Below, in pieces: positions 63,276 to 64,000 of a DNA stretch of 64,000 bases; the first letter of the stretch is position 1, and every line of letters starts with the position of its first letter. The notes under the pieces were generated by a model. The model had not been told where the DNA came from, did no database searches, and worked only from the letters and a program-made list of their open reading frames with translations. Source of the stretch: Phaeosaccion multiseriatum (Eukaryota; Protista; Ochrophyta, other classes); the NCBI GenBank assembly GCA_965112735.1, contig OZ218952.1, forward strand, positions 1,364,001 through 1,428,000, written 5' to 3'. Made by a program: the position numbers and the translations under genes.

Positions 63276-63671
63276 GTCATTCTTCGGTTGATTCCTGTAA
63301 GTCAATAACAGTGCCCCTCCTCGAACCCCTTCACCTCATCCCCCTACCCCACCCGCACCTCTTCTGGCTCTGTCCACAGCAGAGGCGAGCAATCCTTCGC
63401 TGCCCCTCTGCTGCATGGCGAGGAGAGCTGTGTACACGTGAGAGTGGAAGGACACCGCACCCACCGGGGGCGTCCGAGTGAGTCTGAGGGTTGCCGTATC
63501 ACCAACTGCTGTACTACCAAGTGCTGCGGCTCCAAAAGGTGATACAGCTGTGGACGAAGGCGGGGGCATGACCTCATCTTGCGAAGCGGCAGCACCGGCA
63601 GCGGCAGGGGCACCAGTTGGTGATACGCCAGAGGGGAGGGCTGCGTCCCACTCGAAGGTGCGCCAGGCGGT
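54185..63671 (-). CDS. ATM: ATM/Tel1 PI3K-like serine/threonine kinase, 3' part (FAT, kinase, FATC); continues beyond the window
   Basis: More than 20 exons on the minus strand. [160 protein letters not shown]. Confidence 0.93.
56031..56097. repeat. 10-bp tandem repeat (CTGTAACTGC) x6.5 in ATM intron
   Basis: Perfect tandem units. Confidence 0.95.
57481..57790. repeat. (GGGGA)n purine tract in ATM intron
   Basis: About 60 pentamer-like units; G-quadruplex-capable. Confidence 0.9.
58139..58330. repeat. 32-bp minisatellite x6 in ATM intron
   Basis: actcactgacaatccaccccctgc(t/a)tgcccct tandem. Confidence 0.95.
60847..60917. repeat. 29-bp direct repeat (42-bp period) in ATM intron
   Basis: cagaagtcgggacaggttcactttcagta twice. 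Confidence 0.85.
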
Positions 63672-64000
63672 CTGCGCAAGATCAAGGGATGGCAGTGGAT
63701 GGGGAGAGGCGAGGAGAGGAGAGGAGAGGAGAGGGGGGGGGGGGGGGAGAGGCGAGAACGTGGGTCAGATGGCAGTGGATGGGAGCGGGTAAGGGGTACA
63801 CTGAAGTTGGAAAGTTGAGGTGTAATTCATCACCACCTGCTAGTCCCGGGGGTTTTCTTCTTCCTTCAAAGTGCTCTCTGTCACTAAAGAGGCGAGACCT
63901 GCAACCGCCCCATGTCTCCCTCTCCCTCTTCAGGCCCCTACTCCTCTCCTCTCCCGCCCTTTCAATCTCCCTCTTCATTGCCCCCTCCTCCTCTCCCCTC

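Noticed and set aside
1-64000. tRNA, rRNA or snRNA genes
   Set aside because: None recognised by eye; tRNAscan-SE or Infernal would be needed to exclude small RNAs.

Overview
Eukaryotic, GC-rich, intron-dense nuclear DNA. It is most likely a photosynthetic stramenopile (ochrophyte): it carries an algal-type mannitol-1-phosphate dehydrogenase and signal-peptide+AF plastid-targeted proteins, and the introns are packed with (GGGA)n, (CT)n and (CA)n microsatellites. Hand-spliced genes in order: 5'-partial four-EF-hand protein (+); plastid M41/FtsH-protease-domain-like HEAAH protein (+); formate-tetrahydrofolate ligase (+); TruA-family pseudouridine synthase (+); intronless ankyrin protein (-); M1PDH (+); small plastid membrane protein (-); TFIIE beta (+); secreted Cys-rich protein copy A (-); FHA+WD40 WDR70-like gene (+) whose intron 7 is an 8.2 kb 20-bp minisatellite with higher-order structure; Cys-rich copy B (-); decayed ankyrin gene (+); Cys-rich copy C (-); a truncated WDR70 5' stub; and the 3' part of ATM kinase (-). 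Main observations: (1) two short dispersed motifs (CTGTATCACCAACTG and CATCCACTGCCATCC) almost always point into the nearest exon whatever the gene strand, forming perfect 19-21 bp inverted repeats around two ATM exons; (2) a 2.3 kb direct repeat 18.4 kb apart has reciprocal native junctions, a circular-permutation or complementary-loss signature; (3) the giant AG-free intronic array; (4) a three-copy uncharacterised secreted Cys-rich protein family; (5) an FHA-WDR70 fusion. Exon coordinates were read by eye and may be off by a few bases. No database searches were run.
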